Source of the DNA: Camelus dromedarius
Taxonomy: Eukaryota
Reading direction: 5' to 3'
Assembly (NCBI RefSeq): GCF_036321535.1
Contig: NC_087472.1
Span: forward strand, 94,986,001-95,050,000
Length of the DNA: 64,000 bases
Under the pieces are notes generated by a model that saw only the letters and a program-made list of their open reading frames with translations, was not told the origin of the DNA and did no database searches. Below are positions 13,455 to 26,095 of this stretch, one piece after another (positions within the stretch are counted from its first letter, which is position 1; each line of letters begins with the position of its first letter). Both the position numbers and the translations under genes were made by a program.

Positions 13455-14490
13455 TTTTTGTTTAAAAAAAATGAATGTAGATTTACAAAAAAAAAAAAGT
13501 TGAAAAGATAGTACAGAGTTCCTATATACCCTTCATCCAGCTTCCTCTAATATCTACATCTTACATAACTATGGTACATTTATTAGGGCTAAGAAACTAA
13601 TACTGGTACATTATTATTAACTCTAGACTTTATTCATATTTCACTAGTTTTTCAACTAGTGGGCTTTTTCTATTCCAGTATCCAATTCAGGTTCCTTTAG
13701 TATTTCTAACATAAATTAGGGATGATATTCATACCAAATTACAGGTTCCTTGTGAGAGGTGGGTGAATGAACACAAGCTAAGCATTTTGACAGGTTATGG
13801 TATATAATACTTGCTGTGTTAGAAAAAGAGAGGTCATGAATATTCTTGTAGTCACATTATTTGTGGGCATAGGTATTACTTCTTCTGGATTAGATACTTA
13901 GAAATGGAATTAATGAATAAAAGGATACTTACATTTTAAATTTTGATTGGCTCAGATTGCCTCCCAAAATGATACACTAATATGAATTAGAGTATGCATT
14001 TTCCTATGCCTACTCTGATAGTGGATTATTCACAATTATTTTCACTTTTGCCAATTAGATGGATGAAAAATGATGTCCCCTAGTTTTTAAAACTCAAATA
14101 TCTCTGATTTCTACTGAGATCATGCATTCTTTTAAAAGATTATTGGCCATGTGTATTTCTCCTTCTGTGAACTGTTAGTTCATATCCTTAGCACATTTTT
14201 CTGTTAGGATTTGTGTATGTTTCTTATTGATTTGTGGTTCTTTATATATGCTGGAAGTTAGCTCTATATACGTCACATGCATTGCCATATTTTCTCTCAG
14301 TCTAACACTTGAATGTTGATTGTATAGCACTTTTTAAAAATCTTTGCCCATGGTAATATTTATGTAATAAAATTTACTAATGTTAATATTTTACTTAATG
14401 GGTTCTCGATCTATTGTCTTAAGGCAACAGTCCTTACTTCAATTATATGTTATTTTTAACAACTTTATAGGTATTTTTTAAAACAGTTAT
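13455..14490 (-). mobile_element. Old L1M 3' remnants with an intervening MIR piece
   Basis: 'gatagtacagagttcctatatacccttcatccagc' and 'ggatagatacttagaaatggaatt'. Confidence 0.6.
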
Positions 14491-14513
14491 TAATTGATCT
14501 GGAGTTTCTTTCT

Positions 14514-14657
14514 TTCTTTTTTTTTTTTTTTTTTTTGTTGGTGGGGAGGTAACTAGGTTTATTTATTTATTTATTCTTAGAGGAGGTACTGGGGATAGAA
14601 CCAGGGACCTTATGCATGCCAGGCGAGTGCTCTACCACTTGAGCTATACCCTTCCCC
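14514..14657 (-). mobile_element. tRNA-Ala-derived camelid SINE (vic-1-like)
   Basis: Sense: ggggaagggtatagctcaagtggtagagc (A box)...ggttctatccc (B box)...(taaa)n...poly(A); 16-bp TSD tctggagttt[c/a]tttct at 14498-14513 and 14658-14673. Confidence 0.9.
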
Positions 14658-15029
14658 TCTGGAGTTTATTTCTGTGTATAATATAAAGGAAGGTCGCTTC
14701 ATTATGTGTAACTCCCATATGTGCCATGCATTCCACCTAATTTCAACAGAATTATATATATTTTAAAATTCAGGAAAATATAGTCATATCAGATCATCTG
14801 AAACATCATTCCTTTCCATTAACCCTGATTATTAGGGTATCTACATTAAAATTTTTTATTATTATCAACATCCAAGGATAAGCATACTGAGAACCAGAGA
14901 GAAAGAGTGAACGTAAGAGTGAGAATGAGAGAGAGGGCCCATATCGAGAGAAAAATAATCATAAAGCCCAAGCAAAATTTTAACCATGGGCACAGAATTA
15001 TTTTCCGTTGATTTATGGGTAACTGTTGT

Positions 15030-15031
<2 letters not shown>

Positions 15032-15065
<34 letters not shown>

Positions 15066-15077
15066 ACACACACACAT
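15032..15077. repeat. (TC)n-(CA)n compound microsatellite
   Basis: Directly visible. Confidence 0.95.
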
Positions 15078-16791
15078 TTATACTCTCAGAAAAATGTAAA
15101 TAAAATGCTCTAATGTCTGTGTGTGTACGGTCATTTTTAGTGGTAAAATTGTGTGCTCTGGGAATAGATTTAATCACCTATTTATTTGGAATGTTAAAAT
15201 TCAACATAATTCTTGATTAAGGCATAAATGAAAAGTAGTTTGTGATACCTAAGCATCCTTATTTATACTCTACTAGTATGTAATAAACAAAGCAGATTTT
15301 GTGAAACTTTGACTTTATATGAGAGTGGTAACCCTTCACATGTGAGTATGATTGTGAAGAGAAGCCCCTCTCAGGGCCTACTCTACCCACTCAGCACCGT
15401 TTCAGAATTGTTGGGATGCTCCCTCTGAGCCGTCTCCCTATGGCTTGGGTATAGACAGCACTTTTGTGTTAACGTCTTCTGCTAGCCTCAGTTCTACTCA
15501 AGGGCATAAGGCTTGGCTAGGCAAGCATGAACTGGATTTGCACCCCCACTCCATAGCCAGGTGACAGTGCACAGGGCAAAAATGCACAGCCGTGTGCATG
15601 TGCCTCTGACCTGAAACTCTCATTATAAGCTTCATTAACTCTGCCAATTTGAAGGATGATATTACTGGTAAGACAGTAAGATGTACTCTCTCTCAAAATC
15701 AAATACAGTAAATGTGTGATCACTAGTAATGAAGAGGAAATGTCTCAGTCATCTCCAGTCAAGACAACTGGGAACTAAATTATCAAGACCTGATAAATTA
15801 TTACTGATAATTGATGATATACTCACTGTTAATGCTGATAGTGATACTGCTATTTATGAAACCAATGAAAGTAATAAATTCACCATGTGGATATACTGTC
15901 CTGCGATTTTGCATCATTTCTAGTTGCATTTATGTTCACTAGTCCTTTGGGTAGGTCCTATCATGCCTAATTTTATGGCTCCCCAAATGTGACCTAAGAA
16001 TCACTTGGCCTAATTATGTGCATTGAATAGAAAATACAAGAAATAGGAAAAATTACTCTGGGTCAACATGAGTAGTGCCTCAATAGGGCGCTAAAGGCAG
16101 AGAGAGAATTATTAATCAGAGTTAGGAATTAGAGTTGGTCCTGTAAGATTTAAAGGAAATCTCACGGGCTTAGAGATTCCCTTTTTGTTGATTTAATATC
16201 TTTACAGAAGCAGGATTCTAATTAGCCTTTTATAGAGCTGTGTAAAATGGAGCACCACAAAACAGCAAAAACAACAACCCCTCCTGCTCATTAGTCAGCT
16301 TTAACATTATCTTTTCAAAAGACCTCCTGAGATACACATTAGTAAATGTTTGTTTGAATATGGACCTTACTGGACAGGAAAAGTATGTTATTCTTGCTTC
16401 TAGTCATGACAATGAAATGCATAAAAACTGTTAATCCTCTAAATGGGTTTTAACTTTTGATCACAAACCAGAAGGGCATTTTAAAATAGACTACCCTTGC
16501 ATGCATGCGTGCGTGTGTGCGTGCGTATGTGTGTAGGTGTTAGTCTCTATGTATTATATACAAAGTTACTGTTTTAAAACCAAACAGTACTGTTGTTTGC
16601 TTCCTTAAAACAGTGCTTTGGCATATGACAATTGAATAATTGCATTGCGTAAAGCTGAAAGCTTTTATAATCTTCTGCAGCAAGGGCTTCTCTCATACAA
16701 TTGGTTATTAGTGTAAGAATTGCTTTTTTTCTTCATCTTTTTCTTCTAATTTGGACCCCATCACTGTATTTCATATAAAAATGAAAGATCT

Positions 16792-17334
16792 TGAAGGGGA
16801 GCAGAATATGTCACCCCAAAATATGCTCTTTGGCGTAAGGATTATTTTAGGCTGATAATTTTAAGAAACTGCAGACGTAGGAAGAGCTCTGAAAACCAAG
16901 TAGAAGTTACCCTTTTGTAAGAGACATTTACACTTATAGGGGAAATCTCTATTTGTAAAGGTGTCTTCCTCTCTGTACCAGGAAGAGGAAGGTGATTAAA
17001 CCTTTAGAAACTTCTGTCAGTGGAGAAGGCAGCAATTTAAATCTGTGTAACAACCTTACCAGTGTTTACTGTGCCTTTCCAGGTAACCTCCCATAACTGG
17101 CTCCCTCCCCCAACTAACATCTTTCGTCTTTAACTTGGAATGGTATTGAAGATGGTGGCTTGGGTCATTTTGGGGAGTTACTCAGTTTTTCCTGGGTCTC
17201 TCCCATGTATACAGGAAGTATACATGTTATTAAACTTCTGTTTCTTTTTCTCTTGTTAACCTGTCTTTTATTGTAGGGGTGTCTCAGCCAAGAACCTAGA
17301 AGGGTAGAGGGAAAATTATTTTTCCTCCTCTGCA
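16792..17334 (+). mobile_element. ERV1 solo LTR (MER34-like)
   Basis: TG...CA ends, perfect 4-bp TSD atct (16788-16791, 17335-17338), start 'tgaaggggagcagaatatgtcaccccaaaatatg', ATTAAA poly(A) signal near 17229. Confidence 0.85.
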
Positions 17335-18622
17335 ATCTCTACACATTTTTTCCCCTCATTTTCTCTGTGGCCTCAGTGACATGTGAGGCAGAGCTTCAAC
17401 TATGAAGTACTTACTAGAAATTTTAGTAAAACTATCTGATGAGTCCATATTTATTTCTGTTATTAATTTAGTATCAGTAGATTTATTTCCTATATGTTAT
17501 ACAATGCAGTAGAAGTGAATTTTAATATTACACTCCTGCAGTAAAGATCACTGTCTCACTAAAGATAATATATCAATGTGGAATTCTATCACTGAAAACA
17601 AATCAAAAGCAAAGGGAAAGTGAAACTGGGTATCTGGCAGATAAAGAAACGGGTTATATTTGATGGTAAGAGGTTGAATTTATTTTTATGGTGACTGAAA
17701 GCCTTTAAATTGTTTTAAGAGAAAGAACGGGAGGGGAAATAGTATTTTTAAGAATTAACTCAGCCCTAAATTGTACTCGTGATATACATGTATCATACTA
17801 TGTAATACTAACAGTTTACTTCATAATGGATAAAATATTGCCCTCATGTTGTAAATAAGGAGCAGTACTAAAAAGCTCAGTATATTGCCCCAAACTGCAG
17901 ATGCAGAGTCAAAACAGAGTTTTTCTGATTCCAAAACCTGTCCTCTTTCCCTACATCTAGATCATTTGGGATTGGTGGGGAGGATACAACGGAGGAGAAT
18001 GAAGCTAAACATATAGAGAATTATTAAGGAGTTATTTTTGTAGGCCATAGCAAGGGATGCTGAGTTCCTGAACATAGACTATAGAGGTACACATCGAGAG
18101 AACAAGGACAGACCCAAAGATATCTAAGAGAAAAATATCAGGAGACATGCAGAATATTTGAATATTGGAGAATAGGGAAAAAAGGAAAATGGCATCAAAT
18201 TTCAGCTTGAGTGATGGAATAACAGGTGGTTTTTATCAAGACTTTAAACAATGCAGAAAAATGCCCTCCCTCCTCCTTTGGGAGCAGGAAATGATGATTT
18301 GATTAATGTTGTTTGTGTTGAATTTGAAGTGCCCATTTGATAACCAGATAAAGATACGTATCATGAAGTTAGATAAAAGTACCTAAACCTGATGTGAAAG
18401 ATCTGATCCCTTACACTGGTGGTAATTGATCACACCTGGAGTGTATGTAGACTGAGATAAGAAGAGAGTCATGACAGTCCTCTAAGAAACATGAATATTT
18501 AAGGCAGGAGTCTGTGGATATACTCTGAAGGATTTTTGAACTCCCTGAACTTTTTCACATTTGTGTGTAGGGATTGCCTCCCATTTTGTACATAGTGTTC
18601 CCACGTTAGTTTCTCAAATGGG

Positions 18623-19072
18623 TGTTGAGGGGAGACAGTCCTCCATGGACCCTGAGTGTCTCTGCACATTCTTGCTGGGTATGCCAAGAATGCAAGGCAT
18701 GATGACCCTTTATCCAGGCCATTTGTTAGGGTTGAGTTAGCAGCAGCAGTCTTGAGGGATGAGCAGCCTTACTTACTGCTTGCTGTAAAAAGGAGGATAC
18801 CCCAGGCTTAGTGTTCTTCTGCTGCAGTGCAAACCCACTACATGTGGGACATCCATCTGGGCCCCTGCACATCACCAGGGGCACTTAGGGATGAAGGGAA
18901 CAAAACAAACACTCTGATGCTCATAGAGCTTGTTGTGCTGTGAATAATAAAGCCCTTTGTCTCTGACTTAGGAGGCTTGTGTCTTCTGCCAACATCCATG
19001 AAATAGTAACAATGCTAATTTACTAATTTATGGGATTTTATGTAGGGTAAAATCAAATTCCAGACCTGATAA
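18623..19072 (+). mobile_element. ERVL-type solo LTR (MER54/MER74-like)
   Basis: 'tgttgaggggagacagtcctccatgg...gctgggtatgccaagaatgcaaggc', AATAAA near 18946, 'gtagggtaaaatc' near the end. Confidence 0.65.
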
Positions 19073-19360
19073 TAGGTCATGATGTGTTTTTTAAAAGTGT
19101 AAATATCAGAAGTGGGAAATTAAAATTGAGCCTATATATAAATCTGAGAAGTGATAATTTATGAGAGCAATGTTGTGGAAGCAAAGGATATGGGGAGTTG
19201 TGAAGGAAAACAAACAGGAGAGAAAGTAATCCCTCAAATTTATAGAGTTCAGTAAACCAGGACTGAAAAATAAGTGAATTTGGCAATTGAGTTATTTGGG
19301 ATCTCAGTGAGAGCCAAGTCAGAGGGATGGTGTGGGAAGTAAACTCTGAAATAACTAGGA

Positions 19361-19870
19361 CAGTGGTTCTCAAACATGGTGATCTCAGAACTCTTCAACT
19401 CATAGATCACTGAAGACTCCAAAGAACCTTTGTATATATGGATATAGCTTTTGACATTTATCTAGTAGAAATTAACACAAAAATTTTAAAAATATTGGAT
19501 TATTAATTCATTTAAAATAATAAACTCATTACATTTTAACATAAATAACATATTACTACAAAAGCCTTATTTTCCAAAACAAAAAAAAATAGTGAAAAGT
19601 GTGTCACTGTTTTACATTTTTGTAAATCTCTTTAATACCTGTCTAACTAGAAGACAAATGGATTCTCATATGTGTTTCTGCATTCAGTCTGTTACGACAT
19701 TATATGTCTTGAGGCCTCTGGAAAACTCCAATAAATAATTATGAGAGAGTGAGTGAAAAAGGTGAATAATGTTTTAGTATTTTTAGGAAAATAGTTCTGA
19801 CATTGAGGGCCCCCTGAAAGTTACTCAGGTATCTCCCCAGAGTTCCCAGATCACACTTTGGGGACTGCTG
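19361..19870. mobile_element. Charlie1-derived hAT DNA transposon
   Basis: TIR-like ends cagtggttctcaaa...tttggggactgctg; internal 'aactagaagacaaatggattctcatat'. Confidence 0.75.
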
Positions 19871-22078
19871 AATTAGAGGAAATCTAGATATTTATATCTG
19901 ATATATCTTAATAGCTGTACCAGACCACAAACCAAAGAATAAAGATGCTGCCACTGGTGCAAAGGAGCAAGGGGTTCAAAGAAAGTTTAGTTTGATTGGT
20001 TTCTTTGATTTTCTATTTAAGAATTTTTTTATGCAGCATAAGATAAAGTGATTAGAAGGTAGGATAGTGATTAATTTTGAACAGGGGGTGGGTAGAAACT
20101 GGAAGGGGAAAAGAAGCTTATAGGGTACTGGTACTGGTATGGGTACTGGTTCTTGGTCTTAACCCCATGACTGTAAATCAGTTAGTGAAAATCAAATGTT
20201 ATATACAATTATTTCCACCTTTACTGTATGTATGCTATAATTTAGTAGAAATCTAAAATACACAAAAGGAAAGCATAAATGCCAGTCTCATTATCCCTAC
20301 TAATTTTTAAAACAAAGGACTTTAGTCTATCAATGAAATAAAACTGATGCATCGTTTGATCGACAGATGAGTGCAGAAGTAGGTATGCACTGAGTTAAAA
20401 TTTGTATTTGCAATTTAATACTAAACAAATTTAACTTTCTAAATAGTGACTAAGCTAAACATTCATTAGAATTATGTTTACACTTCCATTTATTTACCAA
20501 GTGAATGTTTCTTGCTGATGACAGTCATTACTGCATGTCTGAGAGGTAGACTGATCTCATTTCCCAGGTCTGTTAGAATGGAATTGAACCCATCCTTTAA
20601 TTTCCGGTAAACTCAATTCAGGCAGTATTTCCACTCTGCATACGTTTTTTAAAAGTAAATTCTTGGCTGGCTTAAAGATTCTATTCAGCATTGTGAAAGG
20701 ATATTAATTAATAGCTCTTACCTGTTTTTATCCATTAATTCCAACCCCAGTATGAATGTGTTGTTGTTGTTGCACTCTGAGAAGGTGCCAAAGAGAATTT
20801 TTAATATGACAGAAAAGTTCCCTGAAGGGTGGTTTTCTTTATTATCTATGATTCTCACTTAGTTTTAACAATTTGCAGAAAAGTCTCGGCACATCTTTGG
20901 GGCACATATAAAGCTGTAAGTCTGCAGCACTTAGACTAATATGCTCCCCTGTTAAAGATAACAAATGTGTTGTAAGTAATAGGCTATTGTTGTGGGTTAG
21001 TGAGACAGTGTGCTTAACACTTTCATAAATGTGCTAGAGGAGTGATCACTTCTGTTATCATGGGCATCAAGACTAGCTTCCTTACACCTCCATGTAAAGT
21101 AGAAGGAATACTTCTAACAAAATAAGCATTAATGAAAGTAAAAGCAACTCATTCAATGCCAGAATAGTGAAATGAACAATCGAAAAGTATTCCAACAAAG
21201 AGCAATTTTCTCTTTAACACTGAAGGCTTTAAATAACAGCAAATGATGTATTTGAATAGTAGAGAATGTTCTTGCCTAGCCATTCCCTTAATCCATTGTC
21301 CAGTCTTAGAGGAACACTAGAGGCTATCTTAAAATAATAAAATATTGAAACTACTTTCACTGTAGTAAAGTGCCCTGTTCTACAGTCTGATCACTATCAA
21401 GGACAGTCATTCATACTTTCATATACTTCTTGTTTACTTTGGAGTTTGAGCTGCATTAATCACCACTCCTTCTTGTACTGTAAAACACAGTAAAACCAGT
21501 GAAGAATGCCTCCTCGCAGTGATACTTGCTAGCAATAGGCTGTGATCTGAAACTTCGGTTAATCGGCACGCACACAGAAACACACAGAGACAGAAGTTCA
21601 GATTAAAAAAGCAGTGTTAATAAATTTAAACAAGGGGCATCTGGGCAATGAGATGGTGGAGAAAAAGAAAAGATACAGAGTTCAATTTTGCAGAAGCTTT
21701 TAAGTTACTGAAGTAATTCCAGTAAGTCAATGATCTTCTCCATATCAGAGGCACCTAATTAAAATTGTTGTGCAGCCTGATGGCTTGGTGGTGTGAAATT
21801 TCACAGGTTGAAGTAGCTAAAGTAATGGAGCAGAATTCTTGAATTAAACCAATTGATATCGGGGGATTTACTCTTGGAAGACATGAAACAAGTTAATGGC
21901 CTAATCTGAAAAGCATACTTAGGGCATTTTTGGAAAACTTTTGAATTTCAGGATTATGCAAGTTGAAGGAAAGCCAGGGGGCTCTATGGGATAAAACACC
22001 CACCCTTTCCACTTTTTATAGTTCACTGCGCTCTATAATTCTGAAATGAACAATTCTTTACATATAGATGCTCTGAAA

Positions 22079-22273
22079 CAGTGATTTTTAAAAATTTTTT
22101 CATGCATCAGAAACCCCTGGATGGCTTTTTAAAATAAGGACAGATGCCTGAGTCCTACCCCTAGAGTTTCTGATGTAGTAAATCTGGGACGGGGCCTGAG
22201 AATTTACATTTCCAATAAATTCCCAGTGGGTGCTGATGCTCCTCACCCAGCGATCACACTTTGAGAACCACTG
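22079..22273. mobile_element. MER5A-like hAT element
   Basis: cagtg...'gggcctgagaatttacatttccaataaattcccag'...cacactttgagaaccactg; degenerate 8-bp TSD ctctgaaa/ctttggaa. Confidence 0.8.
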
Positions 22274-23169
22274 CTTTGGAAAACAGCAAAATTTCTATTA
22301 ATGTTCTCAGACTTTTTGTGCATCTGAATCTCCTGGTTATCTTATTAAAAATTTTAAAATGTATACAGAACACATGGGAACCTTATGAAAATGCAGATCC
22401 TTACTCAGTAGATATGGTGATGAGAAATTCTCTGCTCTGTGGAACACTTTGAGAAACAAGGGTCTCTGGTGTCTTAGTGTGAGTCCATTTATCATGCCAT
22501 TTTTCCCCCCTTAATTGGAGAAACTGTGTGAAGCATGAAAGCACTTGTGAGGAAAGGATTTTAAGGGAGAAAAGAGTGATTGCCAAAATTGGGGTTAAGC
22601 TCAGAAAGAGGGTGTCATGCTAAAGGCAAACTAGGCCAACTTCATAGTTTCTCCTTAGTCTGACACTTTTTTCCCCAAGGTAGTATGAAAGATAGACTTT
22701 TAAATGTTTTATATTACATCTATCTGACTTTGAAAATTAAGTGTTCAGGGCCCAGTAGATTTGAAATAAAACATTCTTGAGTTACCTGTATTCTCTGAAT
22801 AGAGTTTGTTATTTTTAGAATTTCAAAGGGAAATTTAATGGGAACTACATAATTATTCCTTCCTTTTACAAAAAGCTTAGTTACCTGTTTCTGTCCCCTC
22901 TTTCAGACTTTATAGCCATCAACATTCTAGAGGCAACAGTCAGCCTTGAAAGTATCTGGTGATTACAGATGAACCAGTATCTAACTACTGCAGAGGATAA
23001 TTAGGCATTTGTGACTATACTTTCTAAAAAAAAACTTATAAAATTATACTTGGTAAAGAATAAAGAAAGAAAGTAACTACTCTTATTCCAAACCCCAAAC
23101 TACTGTTTACTGTGGTCTCTATGTTGACATATGTTCTGCATATCCATTGGAGAATTTCTTGTGCATACA

Positions 23170-23455
23170 AGAGTTCTTTCTGTATTTTGGCTAACAGTCC
23201 TTTATCAGTTGTGTCTTTGTAAATATGTTTTCCCAGTCTGTGGCTTGTCTTCTTGTTCTCTTGATATTGTCTTTCTCAAAGCAGTTTTTAATTTTAATGA
23301 AGTCCAGCTTATCAGTTATTTCTTTCATGGATCATGCTTTTGGTGTTGTGTCTAAAAAGTCACTACCTTACCCAAGATCATCTAGGTTTTCTCCTGTGTT
23401 ATCTTCTAGGCATTTTATAGTTTTGCATTTTACACTTAGGTCTGTGATCCACATG
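23170..23455 (-). mobile_element. Old L1 ORF2 fragment
   Basis: 'ttttaatgaagtccagcttatca..catggatcatgcttttggtgttgtgtctaaaaagtca'; minus-strand translation 'WITDLSVKCKTIKCLEDNTGENLDDLG' is ORF2-like. Confidence 0.85.
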
Positions 23456-25206
23456 GGATCATTTTGGACAGTTATCAAATAAGGCTCATAATTCCCTTTA
23501 AACCAGAAGATTGCTGTGCAATACGGACATTTTAGCAGGAAATATTTAGCAGGACACCTTACCAGGTGTTGACCTATGTATAAAATAATACAACATGGGT
23601 AATGCACTTCATAACATAATGGTGAAGATTGGCTTGTATATTCATAATGATAGAAATTATAACTGTTGTCTGAACAAAGTCCAGTGTGATTCTAGAGAGA
23701 GTAATTGATTATAATGAGTAAGAGAAGAGAGTAAGATTACAAGAGAGGCTGAATTTCTTTAAAAGAGTATACTGTGGCTTGTTTATCTTCATGTCTCCGA
23801 AGTATTGTCTCATATATGAGTCACATGTAAATAAATGTTGACATATGAATGAATGCATGACACAATTAACAGCATTGATTTCTTCTCCCCTACTAGGTGT
23901 AGAACACCATCCTATTTGAACAATATTATACCCCTTCCAGTATCTAGCAAACATATCCCATTCATAGTAAGAAAGAGAGAAAGCAAATTCGTATTTATTA
24001 AGTGGCTACTAATCATTGTGCAACCAAGACATTTTACCTACGCATTAAGGGCTAGACATAGTTTGTATACATTATGTTTTGGTGTATATTATTTCATTTG
24101 TGCTTCTTGAGGTGTCTTAAGGTGGGACTTTGATTAAAAGCTTAAGTTTTCAAGGTACTGCAGCAGCCATAGCAAGGTCCCATGGTTCAGAGTATTTATA
24201 AAGGGATGTTGAGTTCATCCACAAAAGTTGTAAAGTAAGAGCGATAGAACAGCCCTCAGCCCTGCTTTGCTGGGCCATGCCCAGGCCAGTCTGAATTTTG
24301 ACGAGCCTACAGTTTTAGTTATTGACTCTCATATGCAAGTGCTGCTCTGCCTTAGTTCCTCAGCCTTGTGGTCTGAGAGTAAGAAGAAGCCTTCTCCACT
24401 CGGCTTCAGTCTACAGCCAATGGTCTGAAAATAGGTACGCTGAGATTTTTATCCAGTCTCCTTTATTTATTGCCTAGAACGGATCACAGCGGGCTAGAGA
24501 AAAGGAGGGAAGCCCTGATGGCCCATATTAATAGTAAGCAAGGTAGCAGGCTAGAATACATTCATAATTGTAATTGATATCAGAAGTAATAATTATTTAG
24601 TCTTCAGTAACTCATTTAAATTTAAGGAAATTTACATTGTTAAAGAGGATCATTATGAAAAATTATTTCAAAACTGAAGATAGCTAAGAACCCAGTTTTA
24701 GTTTACAATTGATTCACATTTGAAAATCCTCCGTTAAATAATTCCATTAAACATTTTTGAATACTGTTCTGTATCAAGGACTGCTATAGGGGTTCAAAGA
24801 TAAATATTCGTATTCCAGTAATAATTGTTTTAACATAATACTGTTAAGCATCTACTGTCTGCAGGGCACTTTATACAGTTTCTGATGCTTTAAAACAACC
24901 CTTCACTGTGCGTTTTGTCTCCTTTTACAAATATCAAAGCTTGAGAGAAATTCACTGACTCAAGTTTACGAAGCTAACAAGTGACAACAACTGGAAGTAA
25001 AATCCTCCTGTTTCTGACTCTGAAACGTCTGTTTTGCCATCCTGCCTTTGTGAATTCAAGTCCCAGTTCCTCCATAGTTTTGGGATTAAAAAGAAATAAA
25101 AGAACACATCATTAACACTTCTATGATATATCAATAGGATGACCATATAAATTACCTGTAAACCAGAAAACTTTTGAGAATAAAAAGGAGTGTTAAAAAC
25201 TACCAC

Positions 25207-25555
25207 AGGGAGTTTCTGTTCAGTGGGTATAAAGTTTCAGTTATACTAGATGAATATGCTCTAGAAATCTGTACAACATACGGCCTATAGTTAACAATAG
25301 GGTATTGTGCACCTCAGATTTTAAGAGAGTAAATCTCATGTTAAGTGTTCTTACCACACAAAATATAAAATAAAATAAAATACAAAGGGACACAGGAAAA
25401 TTTGGGAATTGTTGGATATGGTTATTACCTTTATTGTAGTGATGGTATCACAGGTGTTTGCATATGTCCAAACTCATCAAACATCAAATTGTACACATTA
25501 GATATGTGCAGTTCTTTGTATATCAATTATACCTCAATAAAGCTGTTGAAAAAGA
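25207..25555 (+). mobile_element. L1MA-type 3' end
   Basis: 'gggtataaagtttcagttat', 'atcaattatacctcaataaagctg'. Confidence 0.8.
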
Positions 25556-25609
25556 GCTTTAAAAAATAGCCCAGGGCAGTAGGTGTAACCTGTGGCATAT
25601 GGTCCCTTT

Positions 25610-26095
25610 TGTTTTAAAGTTCTAAGCAGAAAATAGATGGCACATTGGGGATGATTTAACTGAAAATAACTCAACAAAGGAATAAAGTGCAGAGATGTGA
25701 GTCATGTAAGACATCCAATATGGATGGCAAGACCCCATGGACTAGCAACAGCAGAGTTGAGGGACAAGAAGCAGAGCAGTGCTGGCCAGAGCCCTGTGAT
25801 GCTGGCCAGAGCCCTGTGAGAGCTGGAGCCATTGGCAGGAAAGAGGCTCTGCCTTTCAGAATTGTTGGTGTGAAGGAAGGCAGTCACTGACAGGGCTAGG
25901 GGTGGGCAGGATACTTAACTTAGCCTCTCTCTCCTCCCACACTCTGGTCCCTACTGGTGAATCTCATTGATCGACTCCAACTAGAATCCAAAGGGCAAGC
26001 TGGCTAATGTCCTTTGGAGAGGTCAACCTCCTAGGACCTAAACAGAGCAAAAAATCAGAAAGAATAGATTTAAGGGAAGAAGCAGAATAACCTCT
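25610..26095 (-). mobile_element. Degraded ERVL-type LTR (LTR33-like) containing a perfect 20-bp tandem duplication at 25780-25819
   Basis: 'gcagaaaatagatggcaca', 'ctctctctcctcccac', 'ccaactagaatccaaagggcaag'; tgctggccagagccctgtga x2. Confidence 0.5.

Noticed and set aside
14585..14657. tRNA-like sequence (also about 42945-43016)
   Set aside because: SINE heads with tails and TSDs, not tRNA genes.
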